Positions 35,955 to 44,228 of a stretch of DNA of 64,000 nucleotides are shown piece by piece; positions within the stretch are counted from its first letter, which is position 1, and the number at the start of each line of letters is the position of its first letter. The DNA lies in assembly GCA_964440465.1 (NCBI GenBank), contig CAYTSI010000005.1, positions 151 through 64,150 of the forward strand, written 5' to 3'. The stretch comes from an uncultured Spirochaetales bacterium. GTDB lineage: Bacteria > Spirochaetota > Spirochaetia > SPDA01 > CAZSGZ01. The notes beneath the pieces were generated by a model that searched no databases, was not told the origin of the DNA, and was given only the letters and a program-made list of their open reading frames with translations. A program made the translations under genes and the position numbers.

Positions 35955-36621
35955 AGATGATCAGTTTACCCGGGAGGGACTATCGGAGATTTTTGAACGG
36001 GAAGGGTACAACGTAACCACCGCGGGGGACGGAGCCGCGGCAATTGAGCTGTTTCGGGAAAGTCGGCCGGATATGGTTGTTCTTGATATTATGATGCCGG
36101 AGATAAGCGGCTATGATGTCTGCAGGAAAATTAGAAAAGAGGACAAACACGTGCCCGTCATCTTTTTAAGTGCAAAATCGGAGGAAATTGACAAGGTTGT
36201 AGGGCTCGAACTGGGGGCAGACGACTATATTTCGAAGCCCTTCGGCGTGCGGGAAGTTGTCGCGCGGATCCGGGCCGTTACGAGGAGAGTGATGAATGCA
36301 GGATCAGAATCACCTGCTGCCGTTGAAACCTTCGTGCTGGGAGACCTTGAGGTATATCCGGCCGAGCTGAAGGCCCAGAGAGGGACGGAGGAAATCGATT
36401 TGAGTCTGCGTGATGTGAAAATACTGTCGCTTTTTGCCCGAAACAGGGGGAAAGTCCTTAGCCGGGACGAGATCTACAACACCGGCTGGGGAATCAGCCA
36501 CATGCCGAATTCACGGACCCTCGATCAGCATATATCACAACTGAGAAAAAAAATCGAAGTAGACCCCAAAAATCCTCAGATTATTACGACTGTCCATTCC
36601 GCGGGCTACCGGTATCCCTGA
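35935..36621 (+). CDS. OmpR-family response regulator
   Basis: The receiver domain (KILLAEDD...VVLDIMMP...SAK) is followed by a winged-helix trans_reg_C domain (LSLRDVKILSLFARNRGKVLSRDEI...GYRY). The gene overlaps the kinase gene by 20 nt. Confidence 0.9.
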   Translation: MKILLAEDDQFTREGLSEIFEREGYNVTTAGDGAAAIELFRESRPDMVVLDIMMPEISGYDVCRKIRKEDKHVPVIFLSAKSEEIDKVVGLELGADDYISKPFGVREVVARIRAVTRRVMNAGSESPAAVETFVLGDLEVYPAELKAQRGTEEIDLSLRDVKILSLFARNRGKVLSRDEIYNTGWGISHMPNSRTLDQHISQLRKKIEVDPKNPQIITTVHSAGYRYP

Positions 36622-36690
36622 GGCGGTTCGATAGGTGTTATTTGTACAGTCCTATTTCGGAAACTTGGATATCGGCATCGAATTCGGCTT

Positions 36691-36716
36691 TTGCCGCTAC
36701 TACGGCAATACTTTTT
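36691..36716. terminator. Hairpin plus T-run between convergent genes
   Basis: The stem TTGCCG/CGGCAA has a 6-nt loop and is followed by TACTTTTT. Confidence 0.4.
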
Positions 36717-36722
36717 AGGTGT

Positions 36723-37592
36723 TCAGTTTTTACATCGGGCGGTCTGCCGTTTAAAAACAATGTCCCCGAGGGTGACTCCAAGTTCCCGGGCCACGCAGAC
36801 GCATTTCGTCCTCAAAAGAAAGTAGATATTTGCTTCGAGTTCGGAGAGGGTTTCAAAGTTTGCATGCCCCTTGCTGATGATGATATCGGCACTGGAAAAG
36901 CAGTTTTTGAATTCATCGGAAGTGTGGTCCCAATGAACACCCAGATGCCCCGATCCGGTCCCGATAACCTTGACAATATCGGTCAGTCCGGCGAATTCGG
37001 CGTCTTCCATGGTTACATCGTTGATAATCGGGGCTGATTTTACAGAATATGTCAGCTCTGTCCCCAGTTCCAGCAGTTCTTCAACGAAGACCCGGTCAAA
37101 AATGATTTCTCCCGAGTTGTCTCCAATGTAAAGGACCTTTGCGCCCGGCCCGATGTCTTCGCGGAATTGTTCAATATCGTCAATTGCAAAGGTCTGTTCC
37201 GCAATCGGCAGTACGTCACGCTCGACTTTCAGGTCCGGATTAATTCCGAAATCGATAATATTTCCCGCCACGGCCATGTGGACCGCGCTGCGTAACGGGT
37301 CATCCGAGGTAAACACCAGTTTTTCCAGCGTCGGCAGCAGGTCCTTCGCCTGTCTGTTAGTCTCTGCTTTCATGCTTTTATACGGATCGGCTTCTCCGGT
37401 AACCTCCGTAACAATATCGTACACGTGCTGCGAAACTGCCGCCGGGGTGTCCCGGTCTAACACCATTTCTTTTACGCGATCGGCAAGCCGCCGGATAACT
37501 TCTTCCCATTCATCCGGATTATTCGACGCTATTTTTGATGTACGTATCGCCTGGCCGAAAATACAGGAGAGGCATTCAGGATATGCTTTCAT
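36723..37592 (-). CDS. DUF89 / ARMT1-like damage-control phosphatase family protein
   Basis: The 289-aa product shows C..C..Q at the N-terminus (CLSCIFGQA), then DNSGEIIFD, and a C-terminal KGHANFETL segment, which is the typical DUF89 pattern. Confidence 0.75.
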   Translation of the reverse strand: MKAYPECLSCIFGQAIRTSKIASNNPDEWEEVIRRLADRVKEMVLDRDTPAAVSQHVYDIVTEVTGEADPYKSMKAETNRQAKDLLPTLEKLVFTSDDPLRSAVHMAVAGNIIDFGINPDLKVERDVLPIAEQTFAIDDIEQFREDIGPGAKVLYIGDNSGEIIFDRVFVEELLELGTELTYSVKSAPIINDVTMEDAEFAGLTDIVKVIGTGSGHLGVHWDHTSDEFKNCFSSADIIISKGHANFETLSELEANIYFLLRTKCVCVARELGVTLGDIVFKRQTARCKN

Positions 37593-37693
37593 GCTGTTTC
37601 ATACCATGCCTCGGTGTCTTGTGCAAGAGCGGCTCGTTTAAAAGATTTGCCGGAATGATTGTATTTCGGCACAAATTTGCGTACTTTTATGAT

Positions 37694-40273
37694 ATGAAAA
37701 ACAGGCAAGGACGAATATGGACTGCGGTTGTCGTTTCAACATTGTTTCTCGGCTCATGTTCCTCAATGGCCGGGAGGTATATCGGGTATAGGCTGAATCC
37801 CGATACCGTACAAACAACAGGAACGATAGAAGTTGATGTCGAAGCTGACCTGCAGCAGCCGGTAACAGTATACCTGGACGATTACGCGGTGCCCCACATC
37901 CAGGCTGACAGCGAGTACGATCTCTATTTTGCCCTCGGCTATATGCAGGGGCGGGACAGGCGGTTTCAGCTCGAGATGTTCAAGATGCTTGCATACGGCA
38001 GGCTGCGGGAGTTAGTCGGCGACCGGGACAAAACGGGGATCCTTAAGCAGACTGAAATGATGAGCAGGATGCTCGGTTTTTATAAAGATGCTGAGTATCT
38101 TCTGCGGGAGGCCTCGGAAGAGGATGCGCGGCTGCTCGAGGCATTTTCGGCAGGCATCAACGAGGCGACCCGGCTCGAACCTCGGCCCATGGAATTCCGG
38201 GTGCTGGATTATCAGCCGGAGGAGTGGAAGCCGGAAGATTCGATGGTTATTTTTGCAATGATTTCCTTCGGTTTATGTAAAAACTGGGAACACGAATTGA
38301 GCAGGCTGGAACTGATAGTGCATCAGCTCAGAATCGGCCAAAGTATTGATCGAAGCTTACAGATATATAAACCCGTTTATGAATTACCGCCGTATCTTAT
38401 CAGTGACGGGGCTGCCAATACCTACTCACCAAACGGGAGCGGATACCGCTCTCCTGCCGACGGCGGCGTTTCTCTTATTTCCCCGGAGCTTGTCAGTTAT
38501 TTAGAAGCGTTTGTTGAAGATTATCCCGAACCGGACATGGAAAACCCGGCCGAAGATGCCGGACTTGTCTACAGAGGGATGGATAACTGGTACCGCGGCA
38601 ACAGCGCAAGCAACAACTGGGCGGTTGACGGCAGCTGGACCGGCACCGGCAAAGCGGCGCTGGCAACGGATTCACATATGCCGCATATGCTGCCGTCGAT
38701 GGGATATCTTTTTCACCTGGAAAAAGAGGGTGCATATTCGGCAATCGGGGCGGGCTTTACCGGCCTGCCCGCGGTCCCATTCGGGACAAACGGTAACGTT
38801 GCGTGGGGTGCGACTTCGAACTGGGCGGACGTAACGGACCTGTTTGTTGAAAAACCCGTATCGGGCGATCCGGATTTTTACTATTTTGAAGGGGAAGCTG
38901 TCCCGTTCGAAAAGCGGGTCGAGACATTTAAAATTCGCCGTGACGACGGCAGTTTTACGGAAGAAACCTATACGGTAAGGGAGTCGCGTCACGGGGTTAT
39001 CCTCAACGATTTTATAGAACGGATTGGCGGCGATTTTCCTCTTTTGGCACTGCGAAGAAACCGCATATTGGGAGAGCCCCTCAGTGCTCTCCGGCGGGCT
39101 TATAACGCTTATAATGTGGATGATGCGAGAGGGGCCTTTGAGGATTTCTATGGTTTTACCGGACACTGGGCCCTGGCGGATGTAAACGGGGACATAGGCT
39201 ATGTTGGAAGTGTCAGGCTGCCGCGGCGGCAGTTTCATCCGGGGACTCTCCCGGTACCGGGATGGATTGATCGGTATGAATGGAAGGAATATGTAGGGAC
39301 GGAGGAACTTCCGTTTATCAAAAACCCGCCGGCGGGACACCTCGGCACTGCAAATAATCAGGTCGTCGACCCTGAGTCAGTTTCATATCCGTTAAACCTG
39401 GACGGCTCTACGCCATTTCGCTATCAGCGAATAAAGGAAGTATTGGATAAAGGCAGCGAGGGCAGGGAAATATCGGAGATTATGTCGGAATTACAGATGG
39501 ACGACAAATTTATGGGCTGGGAGCTTCTCCGTTCCCGCTTTGGGGCCTTTCTAACCCCATTGTTACATGATGCTGATCCGCTTGTTGCTGATGCTTCCGC
39601 GATATTGCTGGAGTGGGACGGTCGGAATATTGATACGAGTACCGGGCCGACGATTTTTAATATTTTCCAGATCCAGGCATTCATTGCGGCCCTCGAGGAT
39701 GAGGTAAGTCCGAAAACGCTTCATTTCTACCTTTCCTTTTATAATATGGAGCCGCTTGTTTACGATCTTCTCGGTGATCCTGAAAATCCGGCCTGGGATG
39801 ATATCCGGACGTCCGGAAGGGAAACCTATGAAGAGGTCCTCGATGAGGCTTTCCGGAAGACTGTTTCCATGTGTGCCGATCTATATGGGGAAAAGGTTGA
39901 AAAATGGAGATGGGACCGGGGAGCGACCTTTATTTTAGAACACCCCTTCGGGACGGAAAAGGCCCTTGCCGGCTTTTTAAACAGGGGCCCCCTGCCGCTC
40001 CGCGGTGCTACCGACACACTGTTTGCACATCAAATCCAGAGGAGTGAAATCGACCACTTCGATATCAAAGGCGGTCCGGTTCTTCGTGTAGTCGTCGATT
40101 TTGGTGATCTTGAGCGTTCTTTTATGAGTTTACCAGGTGGTCAGTCGGGACGTCCTGTATCCGGCCACTATGACGATATACTTCCGCTGTATGTGAAAGG
40201 GAAGGGAATACCGATGTTAACCGATTTTTACCGGCTTGACTCCAACGCGAAGGGGCGGATAATTCTTTATTAG
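37694..40273 (+). CDS. Penicillin/acyl-homoserine-lactone acylase family protein (peptidase S45, Ntn hydrolase)
   Basis: A signal or lipoprotein-like N-terminus (VVVSTLFLGSCSS) is present. The alpha-subunit region includes PHIQA and GYMQGRDRRFQLE. The candidate self-processing nucleophile context is GNSASNNWAV. The start was trimmed to ATG 37694. Confidence 0.85.
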   Translation: MKNRQGRIWTAVVVSTLFLGSCSSMAGRYIGYRLNPDTVQTTGTIEVDVEADLQQPVTVYLDDYAVPHIQADSEYDLYFALGYMQGRDRRFQLEMFKMLAYGRLRELVGDRDKTGILKQTEMMSRMLGFYKDAEYLLREASEEDARLLEAFSAGINEATRLEPRPMEFRVLDYQPEEWKPEDSMVIFAMISFGLCKNWEHELSRLELIVHQLRIGQSIDRSLQIYKPVYELPPYLISDGAANTYSPNGSGYRSPADGGVSLISPELVSYLEAFVEDYPEPDMENPAEDAGLVYRGMDNWYRGNSASNNWAVDGSWTGTGKAALATDSHMPHMLPSMGYLFHLEKEGAYSAIGAGFTGLPAVPFGTNGNVAWGATSNWADVTDLFVEKPVSGDPDFYYFEGEAVPFEKRVETFKIRRDDGSFTEETYTVRESRHGVILNDFIERIGGDFPLLALRRNRILGEPLSALRRAYNAYNVDDARGAFEDFYGFTGHWALADVNGDIGYVGSVRLPRRQFHPGTLPVPGWIDRYEWKEYVGTEELPFIKNPPAGHLGTANNQVVDPESVSYPLNLDGSTPFRYQRIKEVLDKGSEGREISEIMSELQMDDKFMGWELLRSRFGAFLTPLLHDADPLVADASAILLEWDGRNIDTSTGPTIFNIFQIQAFIAALEDEVSPKTLHFYLSFYNMEPLVYDLLGDPENPAWDDIRTSGRETYEEVLDEAFRKTVSMCADLYGEKVEKWRWDRGATFILEHPFGTEKALAGFLNRGPLPLRGATDTLFAHQIQRSEIDHFDIKGGPVLRVVVDFGDLERSFMSLPGGQSGRPVSGHYDDILPLYVKGKGIPMLTDFYRLDSNAKGRIILY

Positions 40274-40300
40274 TGCCGTTTAACAAGTGCCGTTTAACAA
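40273..40300. repeat. Perfect 14-bp tandem duplication (GTGCCGTTTAACAA x2)
   Basis: Read directly. The duplication starts at the last base of the acylase stop codon. Confidence 0.95.
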
Positions 40301-40435
40301 GGGACCGCTTGCCGATACTATTTTTTCAGGAAGCCCTAAGTACAGAAATGAAAAGATATCTCTATTAATTTTCAAAAGGACCTGAAAGTTTTTATGTGGA
40401 AGTCAATACCGTTGTACTAGTTGTACTATATGTGC

Positions 40436-40472
40436 AAGAGAAACAAGGCAATGCAATTGCCTTGTTTCTCTT
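40436..40472. other. Perfect 17-bp-stem hairpin (AAGAGAAACAAGGCAAT gca ATTGCCTTGTTTCTCTT)
   Basis: Read directly. There is no flanking T-run on either strand, so it is not a canonical terminator. It lies between the convergent acylase and TRL-like genes. Confidence 0.85.
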
Positions 40473-40478
40473 GAGATA

Positions 40479-40760
40479 TTATTCGCCTGTTATAATAGTA
40501 GTTATTTTATACCCGACGAAAAACCAGTTGTATTCTATATCAACAGTACCAATCTTGGAGATACCTCCATTTTGGGCGGCTTTTCTAAGTCCGGCATCAC
40601 CGGTTGCTGGGAAAAACAGAATACTCGTCATTTCCGATCGTCCAACTTTTGATCCCACTTTGCCACTGGCGCCGGCATCAAATGGCCTTACATTAACACA
40701 AGATCCAAGTAATGCAATAATGAACACCACAGTAATAGCTAACATTACCCCTTTTTTCAT
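40479..40760 (-). CDS. TRL-like small lipoprotein
   Basis: A lipobox (MKKGVMLAITVVFIIALLGSC) is present. The C-terminal pattern GDAGLRKAAQNGGISKIGTVDIEY...YKITTIITGE matches my recollection of the TRL-like family. The start was trimmed to 40760. The overlapping + strand ORF (40396..40803) was rejected. Confidence 0.6.
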   Translation of the reverse strand: MKKGVMLAITVVFIIALLGSCVNVRPFDAGASGKVGSKVGRSEMTSILFFPATGDAGLRKAAQNGGISKIGTVDIEYNWFFVGYKITTIITGE

Positions 40761-40914
40761 GAAAATACTCCTTAGGCTAAGTTTTTTTATGCAGTTTGTA
40801 TGATATAATATTAATAAAATCATGTCAATCTGTTTTTTTTCGAACTTTTTGCGAGATTATCCAAATTTCTTTGATATTTTCTAGGCTGCTTTATACCATT
40901 TAACCTGGGTAAGC

Positions 40915-41283
40915 TTACTCGATTGGATATAACTTGTAATAGTGTTCTTCTTGGGGGCCGTAAACCCATAAAAGAGGCCACGGAGCAAAGAAGAATGGAA
41001 TACTAGCAATAATAGCCCCTGCCTTTATCTCTTTTTCCAATTGAGCAGAAACTTCTTGGTATCCTTGTTTTTTTATTTTTACGTTGTAGGTGTTGCCAGC
41101 AAAATCACTCAATTCCGTTTTCACCGGAGTAGCTCCGACGTACCTATGATTAATGAATACATCGGATCCTTTCGGTTCACTATCAATCGAAACAACTGTT
41201 GTGCAACTTATTAGCGTAGCAATTAAAATAATAGATGTAATATTCTTGACGAAAATCATAAGCCTTTTAAAATTATAATACAT
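40915..41283 (-). CDS. PEGA-domain lipoprotein
   Basis: A lipobox (IILIATLISC) is followed by a PEGA-like segment (SEPKGSDVFINHRYVGATPVKTEL...YNVKIKKQGY). An alternative start exists at 41259. Confidence 0.6.
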   Translation of the reverse strand: MYYNFKRLMIFVKNITSIILIATLISCTTVVSIDSEPKGSDVFINHRYVGATPVKTELSDFAGNTYNVKIKKQGYQEVSAQLEKEIKAGAIIASIPFFFAPWPLLWVYGPQEEHYYKLYPIE

Positions 41284-41289
41284 GGCTGC

Positions 41290-42864
41290 CTACTCCGGCG
41301 GCATGGTGGTGAGGGTTAGAAACGCCTCTCCAACTTTTACGTCGGTGCTGCCCGTCTCGCTCTGCTTTTTTCGCAGTCCCCGTGTTTGAGCGACAACCGC
41401 CTTCGCGTCTCCAAACACTTCGTAACGCTCGCCGTCAATGTAATCGATAATGACGTTTGCCGGCGGCGGTTCCTTTGAGAAGGCCGTTACCATGAGATGT
41501 TCGACGCCGTACGGCGGGACAACTTCAAATTCGTACGAGTATTTCACTACCCGGTTAACCATATCCATGCCGATATAAAAGGATTCTTCTAAAAGCACCT
41601 TTTCTCCGGTTGCCAAATCGTAGGTAAGCTGGAGGAACGCCGGCTGGTTGACCTTGAAATAGAGCTGTAGAGATTCTCCGCCTGTAAAAACGAGAACATC
41701 TCCATTTCTGCCTCTGTTTGTCCATATGTCTACCTTCAGTCCCCCGTCGGTAAAGGCGCCGTCGGCTATGGCATACTGTGTTTTCAGTGCTTCTTCGGCG
41801 TTTTGCGGTTTTATGTCATATCCCCCGGGGGCGGAGGAAACCGGAAACTCGGCAAAACCGCTGCCGAGGCTTTGCCCCGTCTCGACCGACCTCGCGACGA
41901 CCATCAGTTCAATGGAATCGCCTTTTTCCCAGTATGTGCCCCGCACTGCAATTTTGCTCTGTCCCCGTGTAAGCCGGGTATTGACGAGATTTTCAAGTTT
42001 CCGTGAAGCATAATTGCCGAAAGCGCTGGTAAAGTCGGAGTTCTGATACAAAAGAGGCGGGACTTGAAAGGAGCCGCCTTGTACCTGCTGCGTGGCGAGC
42101 ATAACGACGATTTTGTCCAGCGCGGCGTCGAGGTCGGGGACAGAGCCTTTCTGCAGGGTGGTTATTTTATTTCTAATCTCACCTTCTAAGCGGAAAAAGG
42201 TGTCCGCGTTGGTAATCCCGCCGACATTTCCCGCGGGGAAAAAACCGCTTTCGTAGCTCCCTTCCGCTAAGACATTGAAAATTGACCGGTTTTCGAGTAC
42301 ATCGGAAAAATACGGCAGTATGCCGATATATATGTCGATGGCGGACCCGATATCTCCCGCGCGTTCGGCATTTTCCGCCCGGTTTTTCCCCTGGACGATC
42401 TTTTGAAGCGCCTCCGTCCCTCTGCTCAGGAACGTATTCCGAAGCGGCCCCTTCGCGGCGTAGGCGAGGGCGTAGTGATGCTTCCAGTCGCCTGCAATTT
42501 CAAAGTCGATGTTGGTCAGTTTCATATTGCTGATGCTCCTGCTGACCATGGATACACTGGAGGACGCCGTCCCGCCGCTATCGGCCGTCGACGTGGTAAT
42601 GGTACTGGAAACCTGTACCCTGATTTTACGAATTAAATCGTCTAACGCGCCGGTTTTCGCGGCTTCCAGGGACTCGGCATCATCCGCTCCCCGCTCAGCC
42701 ATCCCGAATCCGGTAATGTGCCGCGTATCGGAGTAGGGTGATTGTAAGCCGTACTCCCGCGCCCATTCCGGCAGGCTTTGAGCGCCGGCAGGTCCGGGAA
42801 CTAGTACCGCCGCAAAGAGAAAAAGCGGCAGCGCGGCATGGAGTGTCACTTTTTTCATCATCAC
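41290..42864 (-). CDS. Secreted protein, LPP20-like N-terminal region and DUF4384-like C-terminal region (tentative)
   Basis: A signal peptide (MMMKKVTLHAALPLFLFAAVLVPGPAGA) is present. The domain calls rest on my recollection of family patterns (ITGFGMAE...AKTGALDDLIRKIRVQV and a C-terminal beta-rich segment QLYFKVNQPAFLQLTY) and were not searched. Confidence 0.5.
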   Translation of the reverse strand: MMMKKVTLHAALPLFLFAAVLVPGPAGAQSLPEWAREYGLQSPYSDTRHITGFGMAERGADDAESLEAAKTGALDDLIRKIRVQVSSTITTSTADSGGTASSSVSMVSRSISNMKLTNIDFEIAGDWKHHYALAYAAKGPLRNTFLSRGTEALQKIVQGKNRAENAERAGDIGSAIDIYIGILPYFSDVLENRSIFNVLAEGSYESGFFPAGNVGGITNADTFFRLEGEIRNKITTLQKGSVPDLDAALDKIVVMLATQQVQGGSFQVPPLLYQNSDFTSAFGNYASRKLENLVNTRLTRGQSKIAVRGTYWEKGDSIELMVVARSVETGQSLGSGFAEFPVSSAPGGYDIKPQNAEEALKTQYAIADGAFTDGGLKVDIWTNRGRNGDVLVFTGGESLQLYFKVNQPAFLQLTYDLATGEKVLLEESFYIGMDMVNRVVKYSYEFEVVPPYGVEHLMVTAFSKEPPPANVIIDYIDGERYEVFGDAKAVVAQTRGLRKKQSETGSTDVKVGEAFLTLTTMPPE

Positions 42865-42909
42865 CTCCTGTAGATAGTATAGCGCTTTTTTTCCGGAAAA
42901 CCAGGCCCC

Positions 42910-43671
42910 CTATACTCCTCGAACTTCGCAGTTGATGCCCGTTTCTCGGACGATTTCAGCCGCGCGGCGCAGTTCAGTCCCGAAATAGGGACAGAGCTCG
43001 CTGAACGCGGGGTCGAGGGTCGTGCCGGGCCTGAATTGCGTCAGAATGTACCTGCCCGCGCTTTGCGGGTCCCGGGCCGCCGAAGTATAAGCCGATTTCA
43101 GGAGTTCCGCTATTGCTGCCGCCTCCTCCGTCCCCGCTATACCCGGGGCCATGGTGGTGCGGAATTCGTGGCGCACCCCGGAAGAGATGATGATTTCAAT
43201 GCTTTGCCGCAGGGCGTTTTCCACAGTGTCGACAGCCGCGGATGCCGGAGGGACAGAGCTGCTGAGAAGGCCGTATTTCTCCGGGACCGTTTTGATGTCC
43301 ATGGCAATATAGTCGGTCCGTGCAAGCAGCGGACGAAGCAGGCGGGGAAAGCAGCCGTTCGTGTCGAGTTTTACTTTTAAACCGAGGTTTTTACAGAAAT
43401 CGATAAACCCTATCAGGTCCGTATGCAGAAGCGGTTCGCCGCCGGTAACGCAGACCCCCCCGAGGACGGAAGCGCGTTTTGCTACAAACCGCCGCACCTC
43501 TTCAATCGGCAGCAGGTCATCCGGAAACGGCGGTATAACGAGCTCGGGATTGTGGCAGTAGGGGCAGCGGAGGTTGCAGCCCGGTGTAAACACCGTGGCC
43601 GCAACCTCTCCCGGAAAGTCGATTAAGGTCGTTTTAACCAGCCCTGCCCTGGTAAGCGTCATGGCCGGCAC
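42910..43671 (-). CDS. nrdG: Anaerobic ribonucleoside-triphosphate reductase activating protein (radical SAM)
   Basis: The CNLRCPYCHN radical-SAM cluster motif is present, along with GGVCVTGGEPL, and the gene lies in the nrdD operon. Confidence 0.85.
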   Translation of the reverse strand: MPAMTLTRAGLVKTTLIDFPGEVAATVFTPGCNLRCPYCHNPELVIPPFPDDLLPIEEVRRFVAKRASVLGGVCVTGGEPLLHTDLIGFIDFCKNLGLKVKLDTNGCFPRLLRPLLARTDYIAMDIKTVPEKYGLLSSSVPPASAAVDTVENALRQSIEIIISSGVRHEFRTTMAPGIAGTEEAAAIAELLKSAYTSAARDPQSAGRYILTQFRPGTTLDPAFSELCPYFGTELRRAAEIVRETGINCEVRGV

Positions 43672-43691
43672 ACTAACCGGAGAAAACGACC

Positions 43692-44228
43692 CTAGGAGAC
43701 GCCGGCTTCCGCAAGTGAAAACACCTGCTCCATGGTTTCGGTGTTATTCGCCCGAAACACCTCGTGATCCTGGACGTCGAAAAAGATCACCGTTGGAGAG
43801 GCAAGTACCTGATGCTCTATCGCCGAATCCATTCCTTCGGGGGTATCAACATCGACGGAACTGCCGGGCATGGAAAGCTTGTTTACATATTCTTTAACCG
43901 GAGGACAATTCGGGCATGTGCCGCGGTAAAAAAACGTATAGGAAGCGGCCGATTCCGCGATGTCCCGGGGAGGGGACCCGCCGGTGCCCATCTCTTTTCC
44001 CGCGAATTCCGGCTGCCTCGAGCCGTGTTTTATCATGTTTTTCGGTTCCGAAAACAGCTTTCGGTAGTCGTATTCCTCCCGCTTCCCCTTGTTCCAATTT
44101 GCCACGGAACGGTAATATCCGACAATCCGCGTATATACTTCGGTTTTCGTACCGGTCACGCCCCGCAGATGCTGTTGTAATTCGGCTATTTCTTTGTCCA
44201 CCTGTTCAACTGTTCGTGTCGCGTTCAT
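43692..44228 (-). CDS. Stand-alone glycyl-radical domain of class III RNR fused to a CxxC thioredoxin-fold domain
   Basis: The 178-aa product contains EVYTRIVGYYRSVANWNKGKREEY, the C-terminal glycyl-radical motif normally found at the end of NrdD. The C-terminal ~90 aa read FFYRGTCPNCPPVKEYV...SPTVIFFD, which is a Trx/NrdH-like fold. Its ATG overlaps the nrdD stop (ATGA). Confidence 0.7.
   Translation of the reverse strand: MNATRTVEQVDKEIAELQQHLRGVTGTKTEVYTRIVGYYRSVANWNKGKREEYDYRKLFSEPKNMIKHGSRQPEFAGKEMGTGGSPPRDIAESAASYTFFYRGTCPNCPPVKEYVNKLSMPGSSVDVDTPEGMDSAIEHQVLASPTVIFFDVQDHEVFRANNTETMEQVFSLAEAGVS

Noticed and set aside
40396-40803. A 135-aa plus-strand ORF.
   Set aside because: The opposite strand encodes a protein with a clean lipobox and a TRL-like C-terminal pattern. 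The plus-strand product has no signal features or motifs.
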